A DNA stretch of 64,000 nucleotides from an uncultured bacterium (GTDB lineage: Bacteria > Actinomycetota > Acidimicrobiia > Spongiisociales > ZC4RG35), in contig CAVUYZ010000002.1 of assembly GCA_963745865.1 (NCBI GenBank), forward strand, positions 101,514 to 165,513, in the 5' to 3' direction. Under the pieces are notes generated by a model. The model was not told the DNA's origin. It ran no database searches and saw nothing but the letters and a program-made list of their open reading frames with translations. Positions within the stretch are counted from its first letter, which is position 1. Every line of letters begins with the position of its first letter. Made by a program: the position numbers and the translations under genes. This document shows, piece by piece, positions 10,252 to 20,500 of the stretch.

Positions 10252-10436
10252 CTACCCCAACCCCCGAGCCGACTCCACAGCCCAGGCCCGATCCGGATAC
10301 CCCGACGCCCACTCCCGGAGCTCACTTGCCTGGCCGGTCGACGCTCTCACCCGGATCTCGCCGATCACCACCTCGCTGTCGTCAACGACCACTGCCGTGT
10401 GTGACCCCTTATGAGGGTCGATGCCGATCATCATCA
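10252..10436 (-). mobile_element. IS110-family transposase, N-terminal ~60-aa fragment only (remnant)
   Basis: MMMIGIDPHKGSHTAVVVDDSEVVIGEIRVRASTGQASELREWASGYPDRAWAVESARGLG matches the IS110 DEDD-transposase N-terminus. The rest of the ~400-aa transposase is absent. Confidence 0.7.
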
Positions 10437-10888
10437 TTGTGCTGCCCTTTCTGTCGGCAATTGGAGCCGCGGCGGGCAAGCCTGATTCGGGTCGATGTGC
10501 TCTCGCCTCTTTCGAGCCACGCCACAGCCGAGGACACCAACCGGCAGACACCTCGTTAGAAGGCCAACCCAACAAGGGCGGCAGGCACTTCAAGAGCCAA
10601 CCGGCTGGCGCCCTCGACGCTACGGGAACACCCCGCAACGCGCCCCCAGTCTCAATCAGGCACATACCAGAGTGGTACTAGAGCCCGGTCATACCTCTGA
10701 TAGGTGTACTCGCGCTTCCTCACGCTGAAACCGCTACGAATCAGAGCCACTTTCATCGAGCGTGCTCAATAGACACTCGCCCATGCCAGCGCCCGTCGGG
10801 GATCGGGACCCGGGCTCGGGCCCGGGTCAATGAGTGAGTGTGTCCGATGTCGCCGAGATCATGGGTGGCCGACCCTGAGGCGCGAAAT

Positions 10889-10921
10889 GAGCCTCCCGGA
10901 CATCGAGCCGGGAGGCTCATC
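10889..10921 (-). terminator. Hairpin immediately 3' of tRNA-Lys
   Basis: GAGCCTCCCGG-acatcga-CCGGGAGGCTC. Confidence 0.4.
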
Positions 10922-10930
10922 TCGTAGTTG

Positions 10931-11005
10931 TAGGCCGCCCGGGACTCGAACCCGGAACCCTCGGATTAAGAGTCCGATGCTCTAGCCAGTTGAGCTAGCG
11001 ACCCG
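10931..11005 (-). tRNA. tRNA-Lys(CTT)
   Basis: Reverse complement GGGTCGCTAGCTCAACTGG...TCGGACTCTTAATCCGA...GGTTCGAGTCCCGG. Confidence 0.85.
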
Positions 11006-11756
11006 GCGGCAGGATACCCGTTACACCTATCGCCTCGTCAATTCGGAGGCACTCAATCCATGTCATTGCCGTGTGCCAGGCATCCGTCGACCGGCAGATC
11101 CGCGTTCGGGCGACGCCGTGCGCCAACGTGTTCTTTCTCTGGCCCGTTCCGGCCGGCTTGACGAACGACTTATCAAACCGCACCTCCGGCAAGGAGAGCT
11201 CGTGCTGCCACCACTCGCGTGCCTTCTCTTGGTTGTTTCCCTCGTGGAGGTGGAGATGGAGAACGACTTCAGGATCGTTGACCAGAAATGTCTCCACCCA
11301 TTCGAGAAACCGGCGGTGGATCCCGGGGTCGGAGTTCGTCACGCTCAGCATCTTCTTGGATTTCGATCCCTCTCCCCAGTACAGCGCAGTGCCGAGACAC
11401 CACAGCGGACTCGACCGGTACTGCTCATAGCTCTCACGGGCCGAGGCTTGGACTGCTTCGAGTTCCCGTCTTCGGCGCCACTGGGTGTCGCGTGGGATGC
11501 CTTGTTGGCTGCCGGTTCTGGCCTTGATGTCCTCGATCTGCTCAGCAGTGAGTTCGATATTGCGGCACCAGCCGGCGATCGTGCTCTTGGCGGCGCCGAC
11601 GACTGCGCCGATCTCACGGTACGTCCAGCCATGTTCCCGGAGCCGTCGACCGAGTTCGGCGCGCTCCCATTGGCTGAGGTCGTGAACGCGGTCGATCCGA
11701 CTCGAGATGTGGGCCGGAACAGGTGGGGTCACCGCTGCACCGTATCGATGGGCCAT
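10995..11756 (-). CDS. HTH-containing hypothetical protein embedded in the tRNA cluster
   Basis: WTYREIGAVVGAAKSTIAGWCRNI is a helix-turn-helix. A downstream LYWGEGSKSKKMLSV region is weakly LAGLIDADG-like. The 3' end overlaps tRNA-Lys by about 10 nt. Confidence 0.5.
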   Translation of the reverse strand: MAHRYGAAVTPPVPAHISSRIDRVHDLSQWERAELGRRLREHGWTYREIGAVVGAAKSTIAGWCRNIELTAEQIEDIKARTGSQQGIPRDTQWRRRRELEAVQASARESYEQYRSSPLWCLGTALYWGEGSKSKKMLSVTNSDPGIHRRFLEWVETFLVNDPEVVLHLHLHEGNNQEKAREWWQHELSLPEVRFDKSFVKPAGTGQRKNTLAHGVARTRICRSTDAWHTAMTWIECLRIDEAIGVTGILPPGR

Positions 11757-11812
11757 GACACGAATCGTGGTCTCGTCAACCGGGCGTCGGCCGAGTACCG
11801 TTGACTGACACA

Positions 11813-11886
11813 CGGGTTGTGGCGCAGCTTGGTAGCGCGCCTGCTTTGGGAGCAGGAGGTCGTGGGTTCAAGTCCCACCAACCCGA
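11813..11886 (+). tRNA. tRNA-Pro(TGG)
   Basis: Acceptor CGGGTTG/CAACCCG, anticodon loop TTTGGGA. Confidence 0.85.
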
Positions 11887-11957
11887 CCGATCACCCATCT
11901 CAGTGCTGTCCAGCGAGCTTTCAGCCTCACAGGCCCAGCGATATACTCGGCGGCTCC

Positions 11958-12028
11958 GCGGGTGTAGCTCAATGGTAGAGCCCCAGCCTTCCAAGCTGGT
12001 CATGAGGGTTCGATTCCCTTCACCCGCT
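11958..12028 (+). tRNA. tRNA-Gly(TCC)
   Basis: GCGGGTGTAGCTCAATGGTAGAGC, anticodon loop CTTCCAA, T-arm GGGTTCGATTCCC. Confidence 0.85.
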
Positions 12029-12095
12029 CGAAGAGTGGTCGTTGCCGGCTTGTGGCCGTGATGGCTGCCCCTCGGTAGCATTCCCTCCCCGCCGA

Positions 12096-12168
12096 GCCCC
12101 CGTAGCTCAGTGGACAGAGCAGGAGCCTTCTAAGCTCTTGGTCGGAGGTTCGAATCCTTCCGGGGGCG
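12096..12168 (+). tRNA. tRNA-Arg(TCT)
   Basis: GCCCCCGTAGCTCAGTGGACAGAGC, anticodon loop CTTCTAA, acceptor 3' CGGGGGC. Confidence 0.85.
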
Positions 12169-12210
12169 CAGTAGATTCGCGTCTGCCGAAGGCATCGAAT
12201 CGCTCTCCAT

Positions 12211-12285
12211 GGTGGCCGTAGCTCAGTTGGTTAGAGCGCCAGTTTGTGGAACTGGAGGTCGGGGGTTCAATTCCCCTCGGTCACC
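12211..12285 (+). tRNA. tRNA-His(GTG), with an encoded G at position -1
   Basis: G-GTGGCCGTAGCTCAGTTGGTTAGAGC, anticodon loop TTGTGGA. Confidence 0.85.
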
Positions 12286-12322
12286 CCATGCGTCCGGGAG
12301 GCCCGCGCCTCCCGGACGATTC

Positions 12323-13769
12323 ATGTCCACGACACCAGGAGCACCCGTGACGAATGTCACCGTGACCGAAGCCGGTCCCAACGAGAAACTCGTAACGTTC
12401 GAAGTCCCTGAGTCAGACCTGGAGGCCGCCAAGACGGTGGCAGCTCGCAAGCTCTCCAAGGATCTGAACATCCGCGGCTTCCGGCCCGGCAAAGCCCCGC
12501 GAGCCATCGTCGAGGCGTCCGTCGGCGCCGCCCGGCTTCGCTCGGAGGCGATCGACGAGATGCTGCCCGAAAAGGTCGGCGCGATCCTCACCGAGGCCGA
12601 CATCGATCCGGCAGTTCCGCCATCGCTCGAATCGTTGGAAGACACCGACGACGGGGTCAAGGTCGAAGTCCGCGTGACGCTGTGGCCATCGCTCGACGAT
12701 GTTCCCGAGATCCACGACCGGACGGTCGAGGTCGGGTCGCCAGATGTGGCCGACGATGAGTTGCAGGAGCAACTCGACCGTTTCCGCGAGCAGTTCGCCG
12801 TCCATCGAAGAGGTCGACCGTCCCGCCGAAGAGGGTGACTTCGTGATGATGGACATCTCCGCCGTTCAGAACGACGAAGAGGTCCCCGAAGCCACCGCGT
12901 CGGCACTGATGTACGAGGTCGGTTCCGGGGGTCTCATCGAGGCGCTCGACGATTCGCTCACCGGTGCCTCGGCGGGCGACGTGGTCAGTTTCGACGGTCC
13001 GCTGCCGGACGGCTTCGGCGAGAAGGCGGGCATGGAGGTGACCTACACCGTCACCGTCTCCGACGTTCGCAAGCGCGTCCTGCCCGAGGTGACCGACGAG
13101 TGGGTGTCGGAAAGCACTGAGTTCGAGACCGCGGAAGAGTTGACCGACACCCTCAGAACCCAGATGGGGTCGATGAAAAAGCGCTCGATGCTCAGCGCTT
13201 TCCAGGAGCGGGCACTCGATCAGCTGATCGACGAGGTCGAGATCGAATTGCCGGAGGCTCTCGTGAGAGCCGAGATGGATGAGGTCTTTCACCGATTCAG
13301 TCATCGTCTCGAAGAGCAGGAGCTCTCGCTGGAGGACTATTTCCAGGCGACAGGGATCCCTCAGGAGTCGTTTGTCTCGGACCTCGAGTCGCAGGCCGAG
13401 CGGAGCGTGAAGTCGCGTCTCCTGCTCGAGGCGGTCATCGACAACGAGGGTCTCGAGGTCTCCGACAGCGAACTGCAGTCCGTGGTCGAGATGGTCATCG
13501 CCTCGTCCGAAGATCCCGAGCGGGTCAAGCTGGCGCTCGAATCCGAAGCCCAGAGAAAGAATCTGGTCGGTGATATCCTCCGCAACAAGGCATTGGAAGC
13601 CATCGTCAAGGGCGCCAGGCCGGTCGATGAGGACGGCAATGAGGTCGACCTCACGATCGAGGAGCCAGCGGTCGAGGCGGAGGTCGTCGAAGCCGAAGTG
13701 ATCGATGAATCCAGCGAAACCGAACACGTTGTCGAAGCAGTGGTCACCGAAGCCACCGAGGAGGAATGA
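12323..13769 (+). CDS. tig: Trigger factor, with one frameshift at about 12805
   Basis: [17 protein letters not shown]. The C-terminal part is acidic. The frames join at REQFA|[13 protein letters not shown]. Confidence 0.9.
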
Positions 13770-14392
13770 TGGATCCCAAGGCCTACGTGCCCGTCCCATA
13801 CGTCACCGAGAGCACGAGCCGCGGTGAGCGCACCTATGACATCTACAGCCGGCTCCTCAAGGATCGGATCATCTTCCTGGGGACGCCGATCGACGACACG
13901 GTCGCCAACCTGATCATGGCGCAGCTGCTCCACCTCGAGTCGGATGACCCCGACAAGGACGTCTTCCTCTACATCAACTCTCCTGGCGGTTCGATCACCT
14001 CGCTGTTCGCCATCTACGACACGATGCGCTACATCCGCCCTGACGTGAACACGGTGTGCATGGGCATGGCCGCGTCGGCGGCGTCTGTGATCCTCGCCGG
14101 TGGCGCAGAAGGCAAGCGCTTCGCACTCCCGCACGCCCGGATCATGCTCCACCAGCCACACGGTGGCGCCCAGGGACAGGCGACCGACATCGAGATCCAG
14201 GCCCGGCTCATCGTGCAGATGCGCGAGCAGCTGAACCGGATCTTGTCCGAGCACACCGGACAGCCGCTCGAGAAGGTCGAGAAGGACACCGAACGCGACT
14301 ATTGGCTCCTTGCCGACGAGGCCAAGGAGTACGGGTTGATCGATCAAGTGCTCTCCCGTCGGGAGCTTTCTGCAGTAACGTCTTCCGAGTAA
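13766..14392 (+). CDS. clpP: ATP-dependent Clp protease proteolytic subunit
   Basis: [20 protein letters not shown]...[19 protein letters not shown]...[11 protein letters not shown]. Confidence 0.9.
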   Translation: MMDPKAYVPVPYVTESTSRGERTYDIYSRLLKDRIIFLGTPIDDTVANLIMAQLLHLESDDPDKDVFLYINSPGGSITSLFAIYDTMRYIRPDVNTVCMGMAASAASVILAGGAEGKRFALPHARIMLHQPHGGAQGQATDIEIQARLIVQMREQLNRILSEHTGQPLEKVEKDTERDYWLLADEAKEYGLIDQVLSRRELSAVTSSE

Positions 14393-14402
14393 GGAGGCGC
14401 TT

Positions 14403-15670
14403 TTGTCGAAGTTCAGCGAGAGCGGGGAGCTGCTGAAATGCAGCTTCTGCGGTAAGTCGCAGCGGCAGGTCAAGAAATTGATCGCCGGTCCCTGGCGTCT
14501 ACATCTGCGACGAGTGCATCGATCTCTGCAACGAGATCATCGAGGAGGAACTGTCGTCCTCGGAGGAGGTCGGTTTCACCGAGCTCCCCAAGCCCGTCGA
14601 GATCCGCTCCTATCTGAACGAGTACGTGGTAGGCCAGGAGCCGGCCAAGAAGGCCCTCGCCGTCGCTGTGTACAACCACTACAAGCGGGTGCGCACCGGC
14701 GAGCCCCGGCACGACGACGTCGAACTCGCCAAATCGAACATCCTGATGATCGGCCCCACCGGTTCGGGCAAGACCTTCCTGGTCCAGACCCTCGCCCGCC
14801 AGTTGAACGTCCCGATCGCCATCGCCGACGCCACCGCCCTCACCGAGGCCGGCTACGTCGGCGAGGATGTCGAGAACATCCTCCTCAAGCTGATCCAGGC
14901 CGCCGACTACGACGTCAAGCGGGCCGAGCAGGGCATCATCTACATCGACGAGATCGACAAGGTGGCGCGCAAAGGCCGAGAACCCGTCGATCACCCGGGA
15001 CGTGTCCGGCGAGGGCGTCCAGCAGGCGCTATTGAAGATCCTCGAGGGCACCGTTGCCAGCGTGCCGCCGCAGGGCGGCCGCAAGCACCCCCACCAGGAG
15101 TTCATCCAGATCGACACGTCGAACGTGCTGTTCATCTGTGGGGGAGCGTTCGCCGGCCTCGATGACATCATCTCGAACCGGATCGGCGCCAAGCACGTCG
15201 GGTTCGGTGCCGAGGTGCGGTCCAAGAACGATCTCCAGCGCTCCGAGGTGCTCTCGAAGGTGCTCCCCGAGGACCTGATCAAGTTCGGGCTGATCCCCGA
15301 GTTCATTGGCCGTCTCCCGATCGTGGCCACCGTCGAATCGCTCGACAAGGACGCCCTCGTCCAGATCCTCACCGAGCCGCGCAATGCGCTGGTCCGTCAG
15401 TACGCCAGGATGTTCGACATGGACGGCGTCGACCTGGTGTTCACCGACGACTCGCTCGATGCGATCGCCGACCAGGCGATCCTGAGAGGCACCGGAGCCC
15501 GCGGACTGCGTGCGATCCTGGAGGAGGTCCTACTCAACACGATGTTCGACATCCCGTCTCGGGAGGACATCGGACGGGTGGAGATCACCAAGGAAGTGGT
15601 CGAGGAGCGGGTCAACCCGACCCTCGTCCCCCACTCCGAGATCGAGACCCCCCAAGAGCGCTCCGCCTGA
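14403..15670 (+). CDS. clpX: ClpX ATPase, with two frameshifts at about 14490 and 14990
   Basis: [20 protein letters not shown] is the zinc ribbon. [17 protein letters not shown] is the Walker A motif. [13 protein letters not shown] is followed by [15 protein letters not shown]. Confidence 0.9.
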
Positions 15671-15769
15671 CGGAGGGCTGCCCGGCCCATTGCGCTGCAT
15701 CTGACCGGTCGATAAGATGCGGCCTGGCGACGTCGAGCTTGTTTCTCGATGGCGACCCATAACGCACAT

Positions 15770-15924
15770 TCGCCTGTGGTCACAGACTGTGGCTGCATGG
15801 GGCAAACAACTGGGAGACTTCGACCTGTGGTCCGTTAGTTCGGTCACCGAGGAACGCAGCGAGTCAGTGGTGAGACCGGCCCTCCCCAAGCGAGCGGGAA
15901 CAGCTCTAGGGAGGCAACAACGAC
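15770..15924 (+). promoter_or_regulatory. Conserved leader element, copy 1 (candidate SD-sequestering cis-regulatory RNA)
   Basis: CGGTCACCGAGGAACGCAGCGAGTCAGTGGTGAGACCGGCCCTCCCC, then 21 nt, then GGGAGG, 10 nt, ATG. Shared with the copies at 17345, 21398 and 22930. Confidence 0.5.
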
Positions 15925-17164
15925 ATGAGTGCTATTGCACAGCGCAGGGCGGCGGCCGCCGTCGCGATCACAATGCTGCTCGCAGTGCTGCAGTTTGTAC
16001 TGTTTTCGATCAGTCCGATGCCGGCGAGTGCTGTCGGGCACGCGTCGACGTGCCAGGACTCGTCATACTCGAGTTCACTTTCAACTTTGTGAACGGGACG
16101 TCGAGCTCCGGCGACAGACTTCTCGGGACAGCGACTACGAGTTCGACTGGCAACAGCTAACGGTGCAAGCGCAAGACCCAGGAGGCGTTCCATTCCGGGA
16201 ACCGGCGGCTCGGCCACGTTCCGAACGGAGTCCGGTATTGGCGTCGACGCGTTTCGTGCAGGCAGGTCTACACGAACGGCTGGGCGAACAACGGCGGTCA
16301 GACCCGACCAGACCGGTGATCCCAATTGGCGAATCGCCAGCTACAGAACGAGAATACAGTCAGACTTCGAAACGGTGAGACGTCGAGGCACACGACACAC
16401 GTCTCGACTACGTCGACCACACGATCAAGCACGACGTCGACCACGTCGGTTCAAGCACGACGTCGACTACGTCGGGATCAAGCACGACGTCGACTACGTC
16501 GGGATCAAGCACGACGTCGACTACTTCTGGATCGAGCACGACGTCGACGACGGCTCCGACCACCACGACCACACAGCCTGGACTGGGAACCTCGGTGACT
16601 ATGTGTGGATCGATACGAACGCTGACTGCACGCAAGATGGAGGCGAAACTCCCATTGGCCGGGGTTCAGGTGGATCTCTTCAACGATGGGGTTTTGTCGC
16701 CTCGACCTTCACCGACGCCAACGGCAAAGTACGTTTTCGGGAACTTGCTTGCCAGTAGCAGGTACCAGGTGCGCTTCACGCTGACCGATACCCCATCCAC
16801 GGACTACTCGTTCACGCCGGATTGCACGACGGGATACGCCGATGACGTCGACAGCGACGTGACCGCCGCGGTCGGTGTGAATGCAGCCCAGACGAGCTTC
16901 ATCAACCTACCGCTCGGTGTGAGTGATCTGACCTGGGATGCGGGCGTGGTCGCTATAGCGGTCGAGGGGATTCAGATCGAGTCCACGACGACCACGATCG
17001 CTCCAGTGACGACCGACACCCTTGCCGTTCACCGGATTGGACGACTCAGGAGTTCCTGCTGCTCGGCCTCGCCATCATGGTGGCGGGCTCGGCGTTGCTG
17101 TTCGCGGCATCTCGCCGTGAGGACGACGCGGTCGAGTCGCTCTCGACCGTGGACCGCCGACTGA
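15925..17164 (+). CDS. LPXTG-anchored surface protein paralog 1: signal peptide, N-domain, S/T-rich linker, Cna-B/SdrD-B-like domain and LPFTG sorting signal. At least five frameshifts; it may be a pseudogene.
   Basis: MSAIAQRRAAAAVAITMLLAVLQFVLFSISPMPASA. The N-domain pieces DYEFDWQQ and NGTSSSGDRLLGT are homologous to paralog 4. The middle part has GDYVWIDTNADCTQDGG...YQVRFT. The 3' end reads IQIESTTTTIAPVTTDTLPFTG followed by a TM segment and RRED, once two indels are corrected. Confidence 0.5.
16425..16559 (+). repeat. 27-nt coding tandem repeat (about 5 copies) forming the S/T-rich linker
   Basis: Repeating unit CAAGCACGACGTCGACTACGTCGGGAT. Confidence 0.7.
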
Positions 17165-17191
17165 ACTGAATGACCTGTTAGACAAGGATCC

Positions 17192-17223
17192 CAGAGGCCC
17201 GGAGCAATCGCTCCGGGCCTCTG
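17192..17223 (+). terminator. Hairpin terminator after paralog 1
   Basis: CAGAGGCCCGGAGC-aatc-GCTCCGGGCCTCTG, a perfect 14-bp stem. Confidence 0.6.
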
Positions 17224-17344
17224 TCTCGTCCTGTTCGCCACTTCTCGAGAGAATGCCCGGCATGCGGAGCACTTGGGCCTATCTAGTCACCTTGAGTAGA
17301 AGCGCCAATGGCCCTGTCGCGGATCTTGCAAGATCACCCCGCGG

Positions 17345-17510
17345 TGTTACAAAGAGTGGTGTGGGACCACAGAGCGTGGTTGTACGGGGTAAACAACTGG
17401 GAGACTTTGACCTGCGGTCCGTTAGTTCGGTCACCGAGGAACGCAGCGAGTCAGTGGTGAGACCGGCCCTCCCCAAGTGAGCGGGTACAGCTTCAGGGAG
17501 GCAATTCGAG
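17345..17510 (+). promoter_or_regulatory. Conserved leader element, copy 2
   Basis: Same core as copy 1. It also has an upstream TGTGGGACCACA palindrome and a TTACAA box. Confidence 0.5.
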
Positions 17511-20500
17511 ATGAGTTCCATGGCACAGCGCAGGACGGCAGCCGCCGCTGCGATCACAATGCTGTTTGCAGTACTGCAATACGTACTGCTCTCAGTCAGT
17601 CCAATGCCGGCGTTCGCTGCGACCGAATTGGGCGGGACGGTCGAAATCGTTCGTCGATATCACGGGACCAAATGATGGGGGGTCGGACGCCCGGCCAGAA
17701 CCCTCAGTATGTCGAGGGTGATGTGATCCCGCTGTCGTTATGGGTCATGGAGCGGTGACTGCGAACAATACGAGTTCACTGCCTGCTTCGATTACGCGGC
17801 CCCAAATGGTGCACACGCCTCAGGCAGATCGCGCATAGTCAAACGGATTATGTCGTGCCGCCGAGGATGTTTGGACTGGCTTCGAGGTCGAACCAGACGG
17901 TGATGTCATCTTCCTGTTCGCTTGGCTCCGAGGCACCAACGTCGGTGAAGTGATACATCTATCTGCCCCTTCAACGAGGAGCCGAAGGTCGCAGCGGCGA
18001 CAGGTCATCGGTCGAATCATGACTGCGGACGCAAAGGCGATCACCGTTCAATCTACTCGACTGAGCTGGGCGACAAGATGGGGCAACTGAGAGCCCCATC
18101 ACGTCATATGCGGACACCGCGATCGGGATCTGATAACAAGTTCGGCGAGGTTGCACTGAACTGCTGGATGCCGGCGTCTGCCTCGTGACCGGTGCGACAG
18201 CTTCCTGGCAACGTCCGTCATCACGGAAACTGGCCAGGGCAACGCCGAGCCAACGCTGTTCGATTATGTAGCTGTTGGGCCGCTGGAGTTCACTTCGTGC
18301 AGCACGATCACCGTGATCAAGAAGACTGAGCGTCAGCTGGTCTCTCCGGGACTTCACGTTCGATCTGAGTGCGGCCGACGACGGTCATCGGACGGCGCCC
18401 TCGACGGTGACGGTGACTCCTACGTGGTGAACGACGTCCTGCCCGGGACGTACTCGCTCTCAGAAGACGACCCATCAGCCCAGCTGTTCGCCCTCGAGTC
18501 GATCGTGTGCGACGACGTCGATGTGGCTCGGTTCGACCTGTCGCTGTGCGGCGTCAACTTCAGTCCCACGGGACGTCAGCATCATCACCAACTCGAGCAC
18601 TGCTCCTGGTGCGATTTCGGTTGACAAGGATGCGTCGGTGTCGTCGGTGACGGCGCCGGGTGGTGATGTGACCTATACGGTGACGGTGACGAATACGTCG
18701 AGTCCGTCTCAGGGTGTGACGATCACCAAGATCGACGATGACAAGTTTGGTGTGATCTGGGATACGGCCACTGATTCGGGAATGGCTGCTGCGGATACGA
18801 CGTGTGACACCGAGTTGGGTGCTGACGGCAGGTATTTGGCTGCGGCTACCGATTCGTTCTCGTGCACCTTTGTTGGTTCGGTGACCGGTAATGCTGGTGA
18901 CACGCACACCAACATCGTGACGGGTTCGGGTGTCGATGATCTCGACAATCCGGTGTCGGATACGGGTACCGAGTCTGTGCGGGTGATCGCTGATCAGGTG
19001 ACGGTGACCATCCAGCCGGGTTCGTGCTACTACGACGGAGGCTCGTTCACGCCGGTGACGGTGACGATCGATCCTGACTCGGGTGCGACGGTCGAGCTGA
19101 AGGATGGTTCGACGGTTGTCGCGACGTTCTCGGGGACTGGCGGGTCTGAGGATCTGGCTCCTGGCACCTATGACGTGGTGGTGACGACTGCTGACAACTT
19201 CGAGTTGGTTGGCGACGTCCCCGAAACGGTCACAGTCGGCGAATGTGCTCCTGGTGCGATTTCGGTTGACAAGGATGCGTCGGTGTCGTCGGTGACGGCG
19301 CCGGGTGGTGATGTGACCTATACGGTGACGGTGACGAATACGTCGAGCCCGTCTCAGGGTGTGACGATCACCAAGATCGACGATGACAAGTTTGGTGTGA
19401 TCTGGGATACGGCCACTGATTCGGGAATGGCTGCTGCGGATACGACGTGTGACACCGAGTTGGGTGCTGACGGCAGGTATTTGGCTGCGGCTACCGATTC
19501 GTTCTCGTGCACCTTTGTTGGTTCGGTGACCGGTAATGCTGGTGACACGCACACCAACATCGTGACGGGTTCGGGTGTCGATGATCTCGACAATCCGGTG
19601 TCGGATACGGGCACCGAGTCTGTGCGGGTGATCGCTGATCAGGTGACGGTGACCATCCAGCCGGGTTCGTGCTACTACGACGGAGGCTCGTTCACGCCGG
19701 TGACGGTGACGATCGATCCTGACTCGGGTGCGACGGTCGAGCTGAAGGATGGTTCGACGGTTGTCGCGTCGTTCTCGGGGACTGGCGGGTCTGAGGATCT
19801 GGCTCCTGGCACCTATGACGTGGTGGTGACGACTGCTGACAACTTCGAGTTGGTTGGCGACGTCCCCGAAACGGTCACAGTCGGCGAATGTGCTCCTGGT
19901 GCGATTTCGGTTGACAAGGATGCGTCGGTGTCGTCGGTGACGGCGCCGGGTGGTGATGTGACCTATACGGTGACGGTGACGAATACGTCGAGCCCGTCTC
20001 AGGGTGTGACGATCACCAAGATCGACGATGACAAGTTTGGTGTGATCTGGGATACGGCCACTGATTCGGGAATGGCTGCTGCGGATACGACGTGTGACAC
20101 CGAGTTGGGTGCTGACGGCAGGTATTTGGCTGCGGCTACCGATTCGTTCTCGTGCACCTTTGTTGGTTCGGTGACCGGTAATGCTGGTGACACGCACACC
20201 AACATCGTGACGGGTTCGGGTGTCGATGATCTCGACAATCCGGTGTCGGATACGGGTACCGAGTCTGTGCGGGTGATCGCTGATCAGGTGACGGTGACCA
20301 TCCAGCCGGGTTCGTGCTACTACGACGGAGGCTCGTTCACGCCGGTGACGGTGACGATCGATCCTGACTCGGGTGCGACGGTCGAGCTGAAGGATGGTTC
20401 GACGGTTGTCGCGACGTTCTCGGGGACTGGCGGGTCTGAGGATCTGGCTCCTGGCACCTATGACGTGGTGGTGACGACTGCTGACAACTTCGAGTTGGTT

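Noticed and set aside
8761-10930. Intact integrative element with an att duplication of the tRNA-Leu 3' end
   Set aside because: No integrase or recombinase ORF is present. I found no repeat of the tRNA-Leu 3' end (GGTTCGAGTCCCTCCATCCGCA) near the tRNA-Lys boundary. It is treated as a decayed remnant only.
12657-14473. Two long minus-strand ORFs of 380 and 370 aa
   Set aside because: They are antisense to tig and clpP, which have unambiguous homology on the plus strand.
15770-15924. Possibility that the conserved leader encodes a small upstream peptide rather than an RNA element
   Set aside because: Stop codons and frame differ among the four copies, whereas the nucleotide sequence is conserved. 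There is no SD or start codon in a consistent frame.
15717-16378. Separate small ORFs (15717-16160 and 15929-16378) reported in the ORF track within paralog 1
   Set aside because: They are better explained as out-of-frame segments of one frameshifted LPXTG gene. The segments share homology with the N-domain of paralog 4 in successive frames.
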